Source: Octopus bimaculoides
Lineage: Eukaryota
NCBI RefSeq assembly: GCF_001194135.2
Contig: NC_068991.1
Coordinates: 26,901,647-26,965,646 of the forward strand
Reading direction: 5' to 3'
DNA: 64,000 nucleotides
This document shows, in pieces, positions 25,070-37,199 of this stretch. The position numbers were made by a program, and so were the translations under genes. A model generated the notes under the pieces. The model did not search any database, was not told the origin of the DNA, and saw nothing but the letters and a program-made list of their open reading frames with translations. Position 1 is the stretch's first letter; each line of letters opens with the position of its first letter.

Positions 25070-25230
25070 CAAACGATAAAACATGTAATTGTATTGACGC
25101 CATCGGAAAGAAAGTTGAAATATTCATTGTGTTATGTGAACAGGAAACTTCGATCGCCATAACTGAAATCGTGAAGTGCATTGAAGAACCTGCTGTTCGT
25201 CCGTGTTGTTCATACAGCTATTGACTTCTA
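25070..25230 (+). pseudogene. Possible LINE apurinic-endonuclease N-terminus remnant
   Basis: The frame reads CNCIDAIGKKVEIFIVLCEQETSIAITEIVK, resembling the N.rsi.nK..el..ll......iiaitEt start of CR1/L2/Jockey ORF2; judged by eye only. Confidence 0.3.
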
Positions 25231-28200
25231 ACAACTGCACGAGCACATACACATCGTATATTAATTGTAGTTAATTTATACGACACCAGTATTTTAGCGG
25301 TTTGGATGTTATCAACTACAAAATGTTAAATGATACAGCAGCGATATTTCAACATAAAGTGCAACGATAGGAAGACATTGAGTACAATGCTTCGTTAATT
25401 CACCGACATTCATATTTAATAGCACATTTCAAAATTAGCACAAATATATGTCTACTTTGAACGTGGGATTCAAACGATTAATCCGACTCCAGCATTCGAC
25501 TAGAAATTTTGCTATGGCATGGAGAGATGATAGCAAAAGCAAAGCTGAGTGAAATTAGAACTTGAAATATAAAGAGTTCGTGAGACACAACACCGATTCT
25601 TCTTGAAAAGTGAAAATATTTCGGCAAAAGAAGAAGCCAACAGACAAACACGGAAAAATGAAAATTGGCCAAGGTTCAGTTTGGCAACATATCCATCGAT
25701 TTATAAATAGTTTTAAACAGTGTTGGTGGGAGTGAATTGGAGTAAACTTTGTAATTTGAAATATTGCAGGATGTTTTACTAATGAGTAGCTTATATATCG
25801 AAACATTCCCAAGTGGATATAATGGACGTAAATGTTAAATGTTTTCTGTTGACCTTTTGCTCCGTTTTCAACATTTTAGTAACGAGTTGACTCGTCTGTC
25901 GGGGATATATTTGATTTATTTTCTGTTAGCTTTATAAACTTATCTATTTTGAATGATTTATACGAAAATATTCATACCATCGAGCAGAGATTAACATTTC
26001 TATGCCAGGCACGATGGAGAAATCAGATTTGTTTAGATATATATCCCAGTAAACTGGCATGAAGTTTATAACGAAGAATAATCCGATCTATAGCACACAA
26101 TAAAGTAATTCTTATCGATATGCGCGACACCTGACTCAGGAGGCGTAGTACGATCAGAATTTTCTCAAGGAAAGTTTACGGCTCTCTCTCCAAAACTACA
26201 GAACATTTGAACTCAGAACTACAAGCTACCAAACCATAATACATAAAGTAAAACCAGAAATCATATTTGTAAGGTAAATGTACATGTTGTATATTTAAGT
26301 TTGGTGGGTCAAAGAAGTAGAAAGTAAAATACGATCTCTCAGTAATTTCTCTTATACGATATGATCTGTCAAATCTCAGATACGTATTCTAGCAATCTCT
26401 AGGCCTTCTTGCATATACTAATGAAGGAGTCTCTGTGAAGTTTCATTTGACCGTATACGAAAAAATGTGATTGCTACGTCCAGGGACTATTTTGTCATGT
26501 AAAAGGTTTAGGAGTTATTCTCAACTAGAAAAAAAAAACACTTAAATACTGTTGATGTGTAAATCAGATATAATACACAATAATGTTTCAGTTTTTACGA
26601 TAAAAATGTTTAACCAGGCTAAGACGTCATATCCTTTCTGTAAGATTTTAAGAACATACAAAACTGTATGTTATGCTAAGCTTTCTTAAACAAACTTCAC
26701 CCAGTTGTTTTCTCTACATATACAAAGCACATAGTAAACTTTTGAGCCCCAATAGTAAATTCCGAGTCCATCACTGCCAATATATTTATCTTCTTATGTG
26801 AAGAGCACAAATATATATATTTTATGCCGTCATTGGTCAATAAAGCAAAATGACAGTCAATCAGAATTACAATTATTGAAGTTGTTGAGTATCTGAGTGA
26901 CAAATAGTTAAATCAACAGCATTCATCAGCATGTTGAACCAGTTTCCTGCGCAATAGTTGCACTTCATTTTTTTTTACTCTGCATCACATTATTTCTGTT
27001 TCATAGCAAAGCTAATTCTCTTTCCAAATCAAATTTTCTATTTAAAGTTTGGATCTTATTTCTATCGCATCAAACAAACTTGAAACAAGGAACTCCGTAA
27101 TTGTCATAGGTTGAAGTGGTGTAACTGTCTACATCATTGCAAGCCAATGAATGAGATTTTCCATTCTTCGTTCGATCATTGTGATATTAACAAGGCAATG
27201 TCATGCGTATACCATAATATGAACTGTCAGCCATGTTACTGATCGTTTGCTGGTGGTGGTTGTGGTGACGATTTACATCCAGATATTTTCATTTTATAGA
27301 AAAGAGAGATTTCAAAGAAAGGTACACATCAATTGATATAGTACTTTTATATTAAAATACAAGATATACAATTTGACAATTAGAAAGCCTTCACAAAATA
27401 TGTTTCTGGGGAAGAGTGCATGAAACTTGCTGACCATTCCAATGGTGGGAACTGATGACGTTAATAAGATTATAAGTAGCGACAGGAGTTTAGAGACTGG
27501 GAAACCGTTGAGTAATAACTGCTAATGATGTCTACGCAGGTTTTGAAAGTGAGAAACGGTAATGATATCGAAGATAATAAAGATAATTCCGTCAGTTAAA
27601 TGCAGCAAGAACTGTAAGTTCAGGGTTTGTATTGTATTGGTGTTATCCATATATCTTAAAATGTATAATGATCTGTATTTGATGCAATCCAAGAATGCTT
27701 GTATGTATAATTATTGTACCCAGTTTATCTGATATGAAACCCAGTGGTAATCGAATTTATGATTTGTAATGAATCACTAACATAATTATATGTACAAACA
27801 CACACATGCACACACACACAAACACACACGTAAATCAGCAACAATGGGATGATTACAACTGTGTCAGATATCAGAGCTTGACTACTTTTAGGTTTTGTGG
27901 CTGGTCATTTATATGATTTTTTTTTTTTTTGAAGTGTCTCATTTTGAGTCGAACAAGAAAAGGGCACATTGAAAGATTTTGTTTGGTAAGTGTAACAATA
28001 GTGTAAGAACTGTAAATATTCTGTGTCTCATACGACGGGTATTTTTTGTAGGTCTTATTCGCTAATGCAGTAAAATCCTGGAGATAGGCTTCTAAGTTGT
28101 AGATGCACGTTATCTTAAAGCGAAATTATAAGTGGGAATTAAAATGTGAATTATCTGCCAAGATATAGATGTCAGAAATAGAAGTTGATTGTTAAAGAAT

Positions 28201-28741
28201 AAAATGAAAGGTATCCAAGATATAATTGAATTTTGGTATGTCCTCGAGGTGATATTAGATGGGTCGTGAATGCTATTAAATAACCAAAAATGAAGTTAAC
28301 GATTTCACTTGAAAGCCACAAAATATGATGTAGCTTCCTGGGAATTAAGTCGAAGAGGTAATTTCCTTTCGAAGTTTGACAATATATTTTGTTCTCATTC
28401 CTAAAATAAACCGGTCCAAATATCAATTTATAATACCCTTATTTTATGGGTCCTTTGTGCCTATTCAAATCAAAACTAATGCGAAGTATTATTTAAGCAG
28501 ATAAATGAGGTGGGCGATTTTCTGGAAGGATAATACTCTATCTTTTTTCAAAGAAAGTATATTGTATGTAAAAGTGAATTCGAGCCACTAACAAAGAATG
28601 GTCAATTGTTGGCTTACAATTTGTTTATTGGCGCTCGAAATCTTTAACAAAGTAGTCTACTCTATGTTCTATGCGCAAGCGTGTGATTATGCACTTGTAA
28701 GTATGTATGTATGTATGTATGTATGTATGTATGTATGTATA

Positions 28742-29122
28742 TGCTTACGATACACAGTTCAGGTTTCGTAAGCATACAATAAAGAGGTTAAAGTACATGT
28801 ATTGTATGCCTTAATCTTTGTCGCAGTGGAAATACCATGTCTAGAACAGAGGCGGTTTTCCAGTTTGCCAAAAGCAAACTGGCTTACTGAATGCGTAGTG
28901 ACACTTCATCATCAAGATTCGCTGATGTGTATAGTGAGCTCCCTAAGTAAACAAACTTAGAAACCATAGCAAGTTTTCTTCCATACACGAAGATACCAGG
29001 TACTGTGTATGGTATTCCAGGTACTGGCCGAAACAAAACAATTTTGGTTAGATTTATGGTCGACCAAAGCCTTGTGAGTGGATTTGGTAGACGGAAACTA
29101 AAAGAAGCCTGCCGTATATATG

Positions 29123-29175
<53 letters not shown>

Positions 29176-29835
29176 GTGTGTATATGTTTGTGTGTCTGTG
29201 TTTGTCCCCAAACGTTGCTTGACAACGGATGGTGGTGTGTGTACGTCCCCGTAACTTAGCGGTTCGGCAAAAGATCCCGATAGAATAAGTACTACGCTTA
29301 CAAAGAATAAGTCCTGGGGTCGATTTGCTCGACTAAAGGCGGTGCTCCAGCATGGCCGCAGTCAAATGACTGTAACAAGTAAAAGAGTAAAAGATTAAAC
29401 CAAGTACCTCACAAGCTATTGAAATTGCATTCGTAAGATTTTGTATGTCCTCCTTTGTATGAGTGACAATATCACAATCATCTGCATAGAGGAGGCCTCT
29501 AATAACAGTTGATGACGTCCTTGACTTAGATGACGTTGAAGATTTTTTCCTGTTGTGCGATATCTGATATATATGCCTTCATAGGAGCCTTTGAAAGCCA
29601 ATTCAAAAACTATAGTAAAATAGAGGGTGAAGAGAGTGGGTGCTAGTATGTCACCTTCTTTTACCCCATTCATAACAGAGATAGGCGCCGAGAGCTTTCC
29701 ACCAATGTTGATTCTTACTTCCATGCCAGCATGAAACTGCTTCAGAATAGTGAGAAAATCTACCCGGCATCCAAGTCTCCTCAAGATCTCCCACAAGGCA
29801 GTTCGACTGATGAGTCAAAAAGCCTTAGTAAGATA
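28742..29835 (-). mobile_element. RTE-clade LINE reverse-transcriptase fragment, frameshifted, interrupted by a SINE
   Basis: LTKAF..., LWEILRRLGC...GVKEGDILAPTLFTLYF, LLYADDCDIV, then GLINLTKIVLFRPVPG...FVYLGSSL...NLDDEVSLRIQ...TKIKAYNTCTLTSLLYAYET, colinear with RTE ORF2. Confidence 0.9.
29057..29394 (+). mobile_element. SINE family B, 5'-truncated, inserted in the RTE fragment
   Basis: gaccaaagccttgtgagtggatttggtagacggaaact, internal (TA)n/(TG)n, and catggccgcagtcaaatgactgtaacaagtaaaagagtaaaag tail. Confidence 0.9.
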
Positions 29836-29840
29836 AATGT

Positions 29841-29945
29841 TTAAGGTATACAATACATGCATCTTAATCTGTTTATTATATGCTTGCGAAACATGGACTG
29901 TGTATCGTAGGGAATACTGCTTCATGCAGATAAAACTGGCTACCT
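29841..29945 (+). mobile_element. Second RTE piece in opposite orientation
   Basis: Reads KVYNTCILICLLYACETWTVYRR; 59/69 identical to the reverse complement of 28746-28814. Confidence 0.8.
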
Positions 29946-30279
29946 TTCTTATTTGGAACTGGAAATAAACTTCCTTTTGATTAATAAACTTACAAACGAT
30001 GATAAAATTAACACCGAGGAAAACTTACTTAACTTTAACGTAATTTGTGAAGGAGATAGATGAAGAGTTACAAGTTGACGACTAACTAAACTACGTGTCA
30101 AATATGAGAAATTACCTTTGATGTGTATTTTACTTGCATTTATTGGTGACTGATTGTTAGATTTAGTTAACCAATCTATTTTAAAACTGAGTGCTTTATT
30201 GATATCTGCCTGGATTTTTAAATCCCTTTCTTTCTTACTTACACACACACACACACGCACACACACACACACACACATA

Positions 30280-30393
<114 letters not shown>

Positions 30394-30874
30394 TGTATAT
30401 GTACACACACACATATATTACATATATACTTGGTATATTTGTAGGTAGCTGTGGTAATGAATATCAGATCTCGACTTATGGACTATGGTTTATGGCACCA
30501 GCGCAGTTCCAACGCGTTGCAATGCTCAGCGAGTGATTAACCAACTATAAAATGTATCGTTTCATGCATTGTTTCTATTGGGTTACAGTCATATTTTATT
30601 TAATTTTCATTTATCTATATGAAATTTACAAAATATGGGAGCTATGCAACCCTGGGATGTTAAAATTTACTGCGAGAATTACATTTGACAAACCACACGT
30701 ATAGATCTATGTGTTGCAAGATTCCTGAGCGTCTCCTCATTTTCTATTTTAATATGAACCAAACTTAAAATTATTCTATAGATGTTACCCCAGCTCAGCG
30801 TAGCAAGCAAGCTCGCAGTTAAACTGCTTAACACACGCTGCCGGAGCATATACAGTTCTAATATTCTATAGGCT

Positions 30875-31085
30875 TGGCTACATGTTTAAAGCGCTGAACA
30901 AAGTGCTTTATTGTATATGTTCCGGCTTTTTACGATCTGAGTCCATAACCCCGTGAAATTAACCTTACTTTTCATCGTTCTGGGTCGACGAAATATTCAG
31001 GTCAAGGGCTGGAGTTGATATAAAATGAATGACCACCATTGCCGGCCCTACTACGATCTGAAACTTTGTTCCTGTGTTAGAAACA
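30875..31085 (+). mobile_element. SINE family A, decayed
   Basis: tacgatctgagtcc...ttttcatcgttctgggtcgacgaaat...tgaaactttgttcctgtgttagaaacaatt. Confidence 0.5.
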
Positions 31086-33446
31086 ATTGCTCTGCAGACA
31101 TTGACGTAAATATATTCACACAGAATATCAGCTACAGCAATTGCCACCAGTCTGAGGTGAGAGGTCTTGAAAACGTTAGGGACATTCCCTTTCTTTAACT
31201 AACTTATAAAAGAATAGAGAAAGAAGCTATATCAAAGATATTGCAAAGAAAAATACTCTGTAATAGTCTCCTGGTTGATTTTTTTCGAAAATCTTTGTTT
31301 AATTATTCAGAGACTATTTATTGGCCTGCTTCTATTTCTAAACATCTGTGTGTTCTGAATACTACTAAGATCAAATAAACTCATAAACAAATATATGACA
31401 TTGAGCCACGAAGCAGAAATCTTCAAACATAGATGTTTTCGGTTTTCAGAAATCTAACACAATAAAATATATCAGTGGCCACCAGGAAGCTAATAATTCT
31501 TCATATATATATCTTTCTAATGCCAAGATCTTAATACTCTGTCATATACCAGAAGTTTAATACTAAAACATGTTTCCAGTTTTACATTGAAAAAGAGTTT
31601 TAAAAATCATTTCCTGTAATTATATATATTAAAGAAATGGTAAACGGTTGTCAAATATATGAACTTTAGGAAGTTATATTAAGCAACTGGTAGTAAGATA
31701 TCTAAAGACGGACAGAAGATAAACGGATGCCAGGCATTATGGCTTCTATGGCTATATAATATGTATGGTGTTTAACTTTTAATATTACTGGAATTAACAA
31801 ACTTAAATCCTTATGTTAATTAGTCCATTATACAAGAGAAAGCACTTTATAAATCCTTTTCAAGAAAATTGTACGAAGCCATGTCGATAAACGAGTGTTC
31901 TAAATTTAGCTACATGATTATATATACAAAAGTTGATTATGATTATCTGATGCAATACACCAGTCATACGGTGGTAATCACTACTGCATTCTTTTGTGTA
32001 TACAATTTATAGTGCAAACGTTGTTTTCCTCCATATATGCAATTAACAATCCAGTAACAATTTTATCAAGAGATTTTGAAGTTAGACGACCTTTCGAATT
32101 ATTGTTCACTCTAGCATGTAAAATCTAATAAATGCATCATGCTATATTTTCATCTTATATCATCATTTCGTTGTTCTCTAATACATTTTAGAATTATCTG
32201 CCTAATTTCGTAATTTAAGATATTTCAACAACCACAGCACAATTCACATTCCCTTGCTAAATCCATAAACTCGTATAAAATACGTAACTGAAAAGAATCA
32301 TAGAAAACCCTGAAGCCACATAAACATCAAGAGATATGTTCGCGCACATTTCCTCAAACATGAACAGCTGAATGTATCATTATTGTTGGCAGGCTTCCTT
32401 AACGAACGCAAATTAAGCAGGAAGGGAGTAGATCATTTATCGTTCTCAAACTAATATAGAAAGACATCTCCTATATTTCTAAGTAAATCAAATTTGTCCT
32501 TATAAGAAGCCATATCAATTTAACAACGTCATGTAATGTTTGGATATTCTAATGAATAAGCAGACATTATATGTTTGTGTGTGTGTGTGAGTTATGCGTG
32601 CCTATGTGTGCGTATGTGAGTGTGTGTATATATTTATATATATATATGCATATATATGCATGTATGTATGTGTTCCACTGTGTGCCTGTAGGAGTGTGTC
32701 TAATATTATATATATANNNNNNNNNNNNNNNNNNNNNNNNNNNNNNNNNNNNNNNNNNNNNNNNNNNNNNNNNNTATATACATATATGCGCATATATGTG
32801 TGAGTTTAAATGGCAACAGATAGTTATGTATGCATATGTATAGATAGATACATATAAACCACATACATTCATACATACATGCATGCATACATACATACAA
32901 ACAAACAAACAAACATGAATACATGCATACATGCATACATGTATACATACATACATACATAAATGTATGCATATTTAAATCCACTTGGGAAGTGATTGCC
33001 GTCGTAGTTGACGTTGATATCCTTAAATGAATTTCTACTAAATTTTGTTGTATGAGTTTTACTGTTGTTCGCAGGGAAACCGTCATTAGTTCTATTTTGC
33101 AACCGCAGTGACAACAGGGTTATAAGGTGTTAATTTTAATATGATATATTATAAATCATAATAGGAGGAGGTGAGTGTTAGGGAGGGTGAGATGGGATTA
33201 CATAAAACAGAAAGGGGGACATACTGAGAGAAATCGAGCCGGAATAGAAAGATAAGTAAAGCAGTATAATGTTGATGCAGAGATATAGTATAATATCCAA
33301 GGAAATAAGGAACTATNNNNNNNNNNNNNNNNNNNNNNNNNNNNNNNNNNNNNNNNNNNNNNNNNNNNNNNNNNNNNNNNNNNNNNNNNNNNNNNNNNNN
33401 NNNNNNNNNNNNNNNNNNNNTATATATATATATATATATATATATT

Positions 33447-35575
33447 ATTGAGATCCAGGGTCTCCACCAGGATGTCACCAGTTTCAGCTTCTACCAACCT
33501 GCTATAAAAAGATGAAGTCGTATGAAAAGCGCTGACATTGCCCGAGCGACAGAAGAGTAGGAGAGCCTTCCGGCATTCCGTGTACCACGAACCCAACCTC
33601 GATCATCGACGAAACCAGATTTCTCGTCCACCAAAACTAGTGAACCTTGGAAACATCTGTTTAGCAAGCGGAAACCACACACGTTCACCATCCAGGAGAA
33701 GTCAGAGGTGCCTCAACCTCAGCGCATGCTTGCGCATCAACAGCCAAGGCATATCTAGCCCTCCCTTTAACGGCTTTTGACTGCAGATAGAACGCATCAC
33801 AAGTGGAGTCGAGCCCTTCTACAAAATTTTGAAGATCTGTTTCTCCATCTTGCTCAAACACGAAGTTGGACAGGGAACGACGGTTAGGCAGTGTGTGATG
33901 ACCGATGCGATAAATACATTGGCCACCTCCACCCTCTTTTTCAAGGATAGCCACCGCCAAGACTAGGACTTGACTATGAGGGTCACCTTGCTCGACACCT
34001 CTGCCCAATTTTTCTACCTGGAGATCTGGGCCAAACCAGACTCCTAGCAACTTAACTGGACCCTCCGTCCAACGTCCCACGACACTATCCGAATGCATCG
34101 ACTTTCCCCTCCAAGTGCCAAGTTGCAAGCCGACTGATTTTTCCCGGTTAATCTTTGCACCTGCCAACGTCTCATAATCCTTAATGGTTCCAGCTACCCA
34201 CCGTAGGTGTTGCATCACGGTCATGATCATGACGATGCTTTGCGCGTATGCTGAAACCGATCCTTCACTACCTGACTTCGTTGGGATGCCACTTAAGTTT
34301 CGCAGTAACGGTTCAAGAGCCATCACATACAAATGAGGTGAGAGTAGACACGCTTGGTGAAGCGAACGTTTGATGCAGAACGGCTTTGATAGAAAAGTGT
34401 TCACCCAAACGATCAAGCGATGTTGTCGTATAACTGTATTATCCACCTAAGGAAAGCAGGATCCAGCACAAACTGCGCAAGAACGGACACCAGATAGTGA
34501 TGATCAACCCTATCGAACGCTTAAGATTGGTTTAAATGGACAAGTGCCCCACACTTACCAGAATCGCTACCACGCCCTTCTACCCTGTAGCGTAAAAGAT
34601 GGAGATTATCCTGGATACTTCTGCCGTTGACAGCACATGTTTGTGCCTTGCCGATCAGACCAGCCGCGACAGGCGCCAATATTTTTACTAACACCTTGGC
34701 CAAAATCTTCAACTCTGCATTTAGCAGAGAGATGGACCTAAAATTATCTACATTATGTCCCTGTCCCGGGTCCTTTCTGATCAGCGTCACTACTCCTCGG
34801 TGCACAGGTCTTAGAATCATCCCATTCTGCTACCAGTTCTCGTAAACACTGGCCACTAGGTGCATACTTTTGTACAATTCGTAAGGTAGATCATCAAGAC
34901 TAGGCGCCTTATCAACACTGCAGTCCCCTATGGCCTCTGTCACTTCCTCAGGTGTGATCGGTCCTTCACAGCACTCCACATCCCGCCCTAATAGGCGTGA
35001 CAGCCCAGCGAGGAGGTCCGTAAGATCCATCGCACTATTCGGTCCAGCACCACGAAAAGCTGGGCGAAGTGCTCCTGAAAGATCTAACACATCTCCTCGG
35101 GTTCGTTTACCAACTTATTTTGTGGGTTCACCAAAGATCAAACTATGGAATCGTTTCCACGTTCGGGTTCCACCACTCGAGCCCATCCAACAGCTCTGAT
35201 CCCCTTGCAACCCATTGCACGCATTCTAGCGCTGACAATGCACCCCATGTGTTTGGCGTCGAGGTGTTTATTTAATCCCAGTCTCTTCGCCTTCACCTAG
35301 GATGCATTGCCAATTTTCATAACTTCCTCTGAGTCCTTAACTAATTTCTCTTCCCTCTTATGCTCTCCAGCTACTAAGCCTATGCTATATCTAATAGACT
35401 CGAATTTAATGGCTCTTTCGAGGGCATACCACGATTTCTTTCTAATGATAGAGCCGGCTAATGCCCTCTGTTCTAGCAACTTGATCTGGTTCCCATACTC
35501 TTCAGTCGCCAAAAGGGATGTATTGAATTTCCAGTAGCCGGATCCTTTTCTATCAAGCTCATCTAGGTTCATTAC
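33447..35575 (-). mobile_element. Tx1/L1-clade non-LTR retrotransposon ORF2 internal fragment (pseudogene)
   Basis: GSGYWKFNTSLL (endonuclease end), KAPSLDDLPYELY, FRSISLLNAELKILAKVL, GRSIQDNLHLLRY, NQSKRFDRVDH, QACLLSPHLYVMALEPLL, mutated YADD (AYAQS) and GAKINREKSVG; several frameshifts and stops. Confidence 0.92.
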
Positions 35576-36224
35576 AAGATAAAGTTATTACCTGCTTTTA
35601 TAGTAAGTTTAATCTGCTAGCTTATCCCAAAATGCATTATTTATGGGATGACTCAATATTTATAGATAGACGATAAGCAGCCTTCTTTATAATAGTACAG
35701 GTGTGACTAATTCGGAGAAAAATTACTTTCATTATTCACACATCGTCGCGCTCATAATCGAGCACTGTAATTTTGGTTCAAATTGAAAGTGTGAAATTAT
35801 TTTCACTTTCTAATGAAACCTGGTCATTGCAGAGCAGTATGTTTCAAATAACTAAAGCTGGTTGTTGATAGAACGTAGAAAATGTGTAAATGAAAATAAA
35901 GTTTATTTGGTACCTTTTGTAGTTTTGGTAGGTGTAGGGGCTAGAGTGGGCAGGTTGGGTGTTTCTTCTTTTTTGTACTTTTTGTTTTTGCGGGTTAAAC
36001 TAGCCCAATCTTTTTTGGTTTCCTCTTTTTCGTTTTTAGTTCAAATTCATATTACTGAATTTCTTGATGCCCCATACGTGAAATCCGACAATTCGGTTTT
36101 CGAATGCATAAGGAACATACGCACACACACACATACATACAAACTCTCTTATATATATAAGCAGATACATACATACAAACATACATGCATACATACATAC
36201 ATACATACATACATACATACATAC

Positions 36225-36500
36225 ACAGTGAGGTAGACCGCCTCTACCTAAAACAAAAGCAAGGCGGCAAAGGCTTAAAATCGATCAAAAATACCTTTGA
36301 ATGTCATATCATTTCCTTTCGGCAACATATTTTATCCACCAAGTGTCGAAGTATGCCCTCTGTACTAGCAACCTGATCCGGTTCCTTTGATCAAGTTTGC
36401 ATACATGAGACAGATAACATCAGAAGATTTGGAAGGCAGCTCCTTGAGCAACATTCTTTTTCTGATAACCTTACAATACGTGCCCAAAGAAGGCACACGA
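36225..36500 (+). mobile_element. R4/Dong-like (RLE-type) LINE fragment
   Basis: EVDRLYLKQKQGGKGLKSI matches the post-RT DRLY.pR.eGGRGL motif typical of R4/Dong elements. Confidence 0.6.
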
Positions 36501-36517
36501 CTCTACATGTAATCAAA

Positions 36518-36736
36518 TACGAGGTAGTGCTGAAAAGTTCCTGGCTTTAAGGGTATCGGGAAAGACCTCGTTGGAAACCTAGCCTTCCGAGTTCTTTTAA
36601 AGGGCTCAGAAAACTTGAAAAAACTCTTCAATAACTATGAATCTGAGAGTGATATATGTGGAATAAGATCATAATTGACTGAGGCTCCTGTATTTTATTT
36701 TACCCAAATCCAAGAACTTGCAACTCCCCACGCGTA
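36518..36736. mobile_element. Tc1/mariner-derived MITE
   Basis: Left end TA|cgaggtagtgctgaaaagttcctgg; degenerate right end ccaagaacttgcaactccccacgcg|TA; about 220 bp with no ORF. Confidence 0.6.
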
Positions 36737-37199
36737 TAAATTAGCCGTAAACTATTTTATTAATAGTGAAAAACTTTATGAGAATATTGTTACGCCAACT
36801 AACATTAACACTCGTACGTAGTTTAATACATTTTGTCCACTTGAAACTACAAGGCTTAAATTGATATTAAAATATATGACACTTTAATATTTACTCATTA
36901 ATAAACATGACAACAACGAGTTCGTTTTATCTTTAACCAAATTCTCCTGATATTGTACGTTTAGTAAATACGAACATTTGAGGTAATATATGTTAGAAGG
37001 TTTTAACTCCGATGCTACCATTTACTAATTACACAATGTTCGAAAATCAATACCTATATATTTACTATTTACATATATATTGGTTAGCCAGAGATGTAGT
37101 CAGCTTGGCGAAGAAGAGTTAACTTTAAATAAATTGTCTTTTTGTTGCATTCTAACACAAATGGCTTATGTGTTTTGTAAACTACCGCTACGCCAGACT

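Noticed and set aside
29806-29825. ctgatgagtc hammerhead-like core
   Set aside because: No stem II or GAAA follows; it is the antisense of RTE coding sequence.
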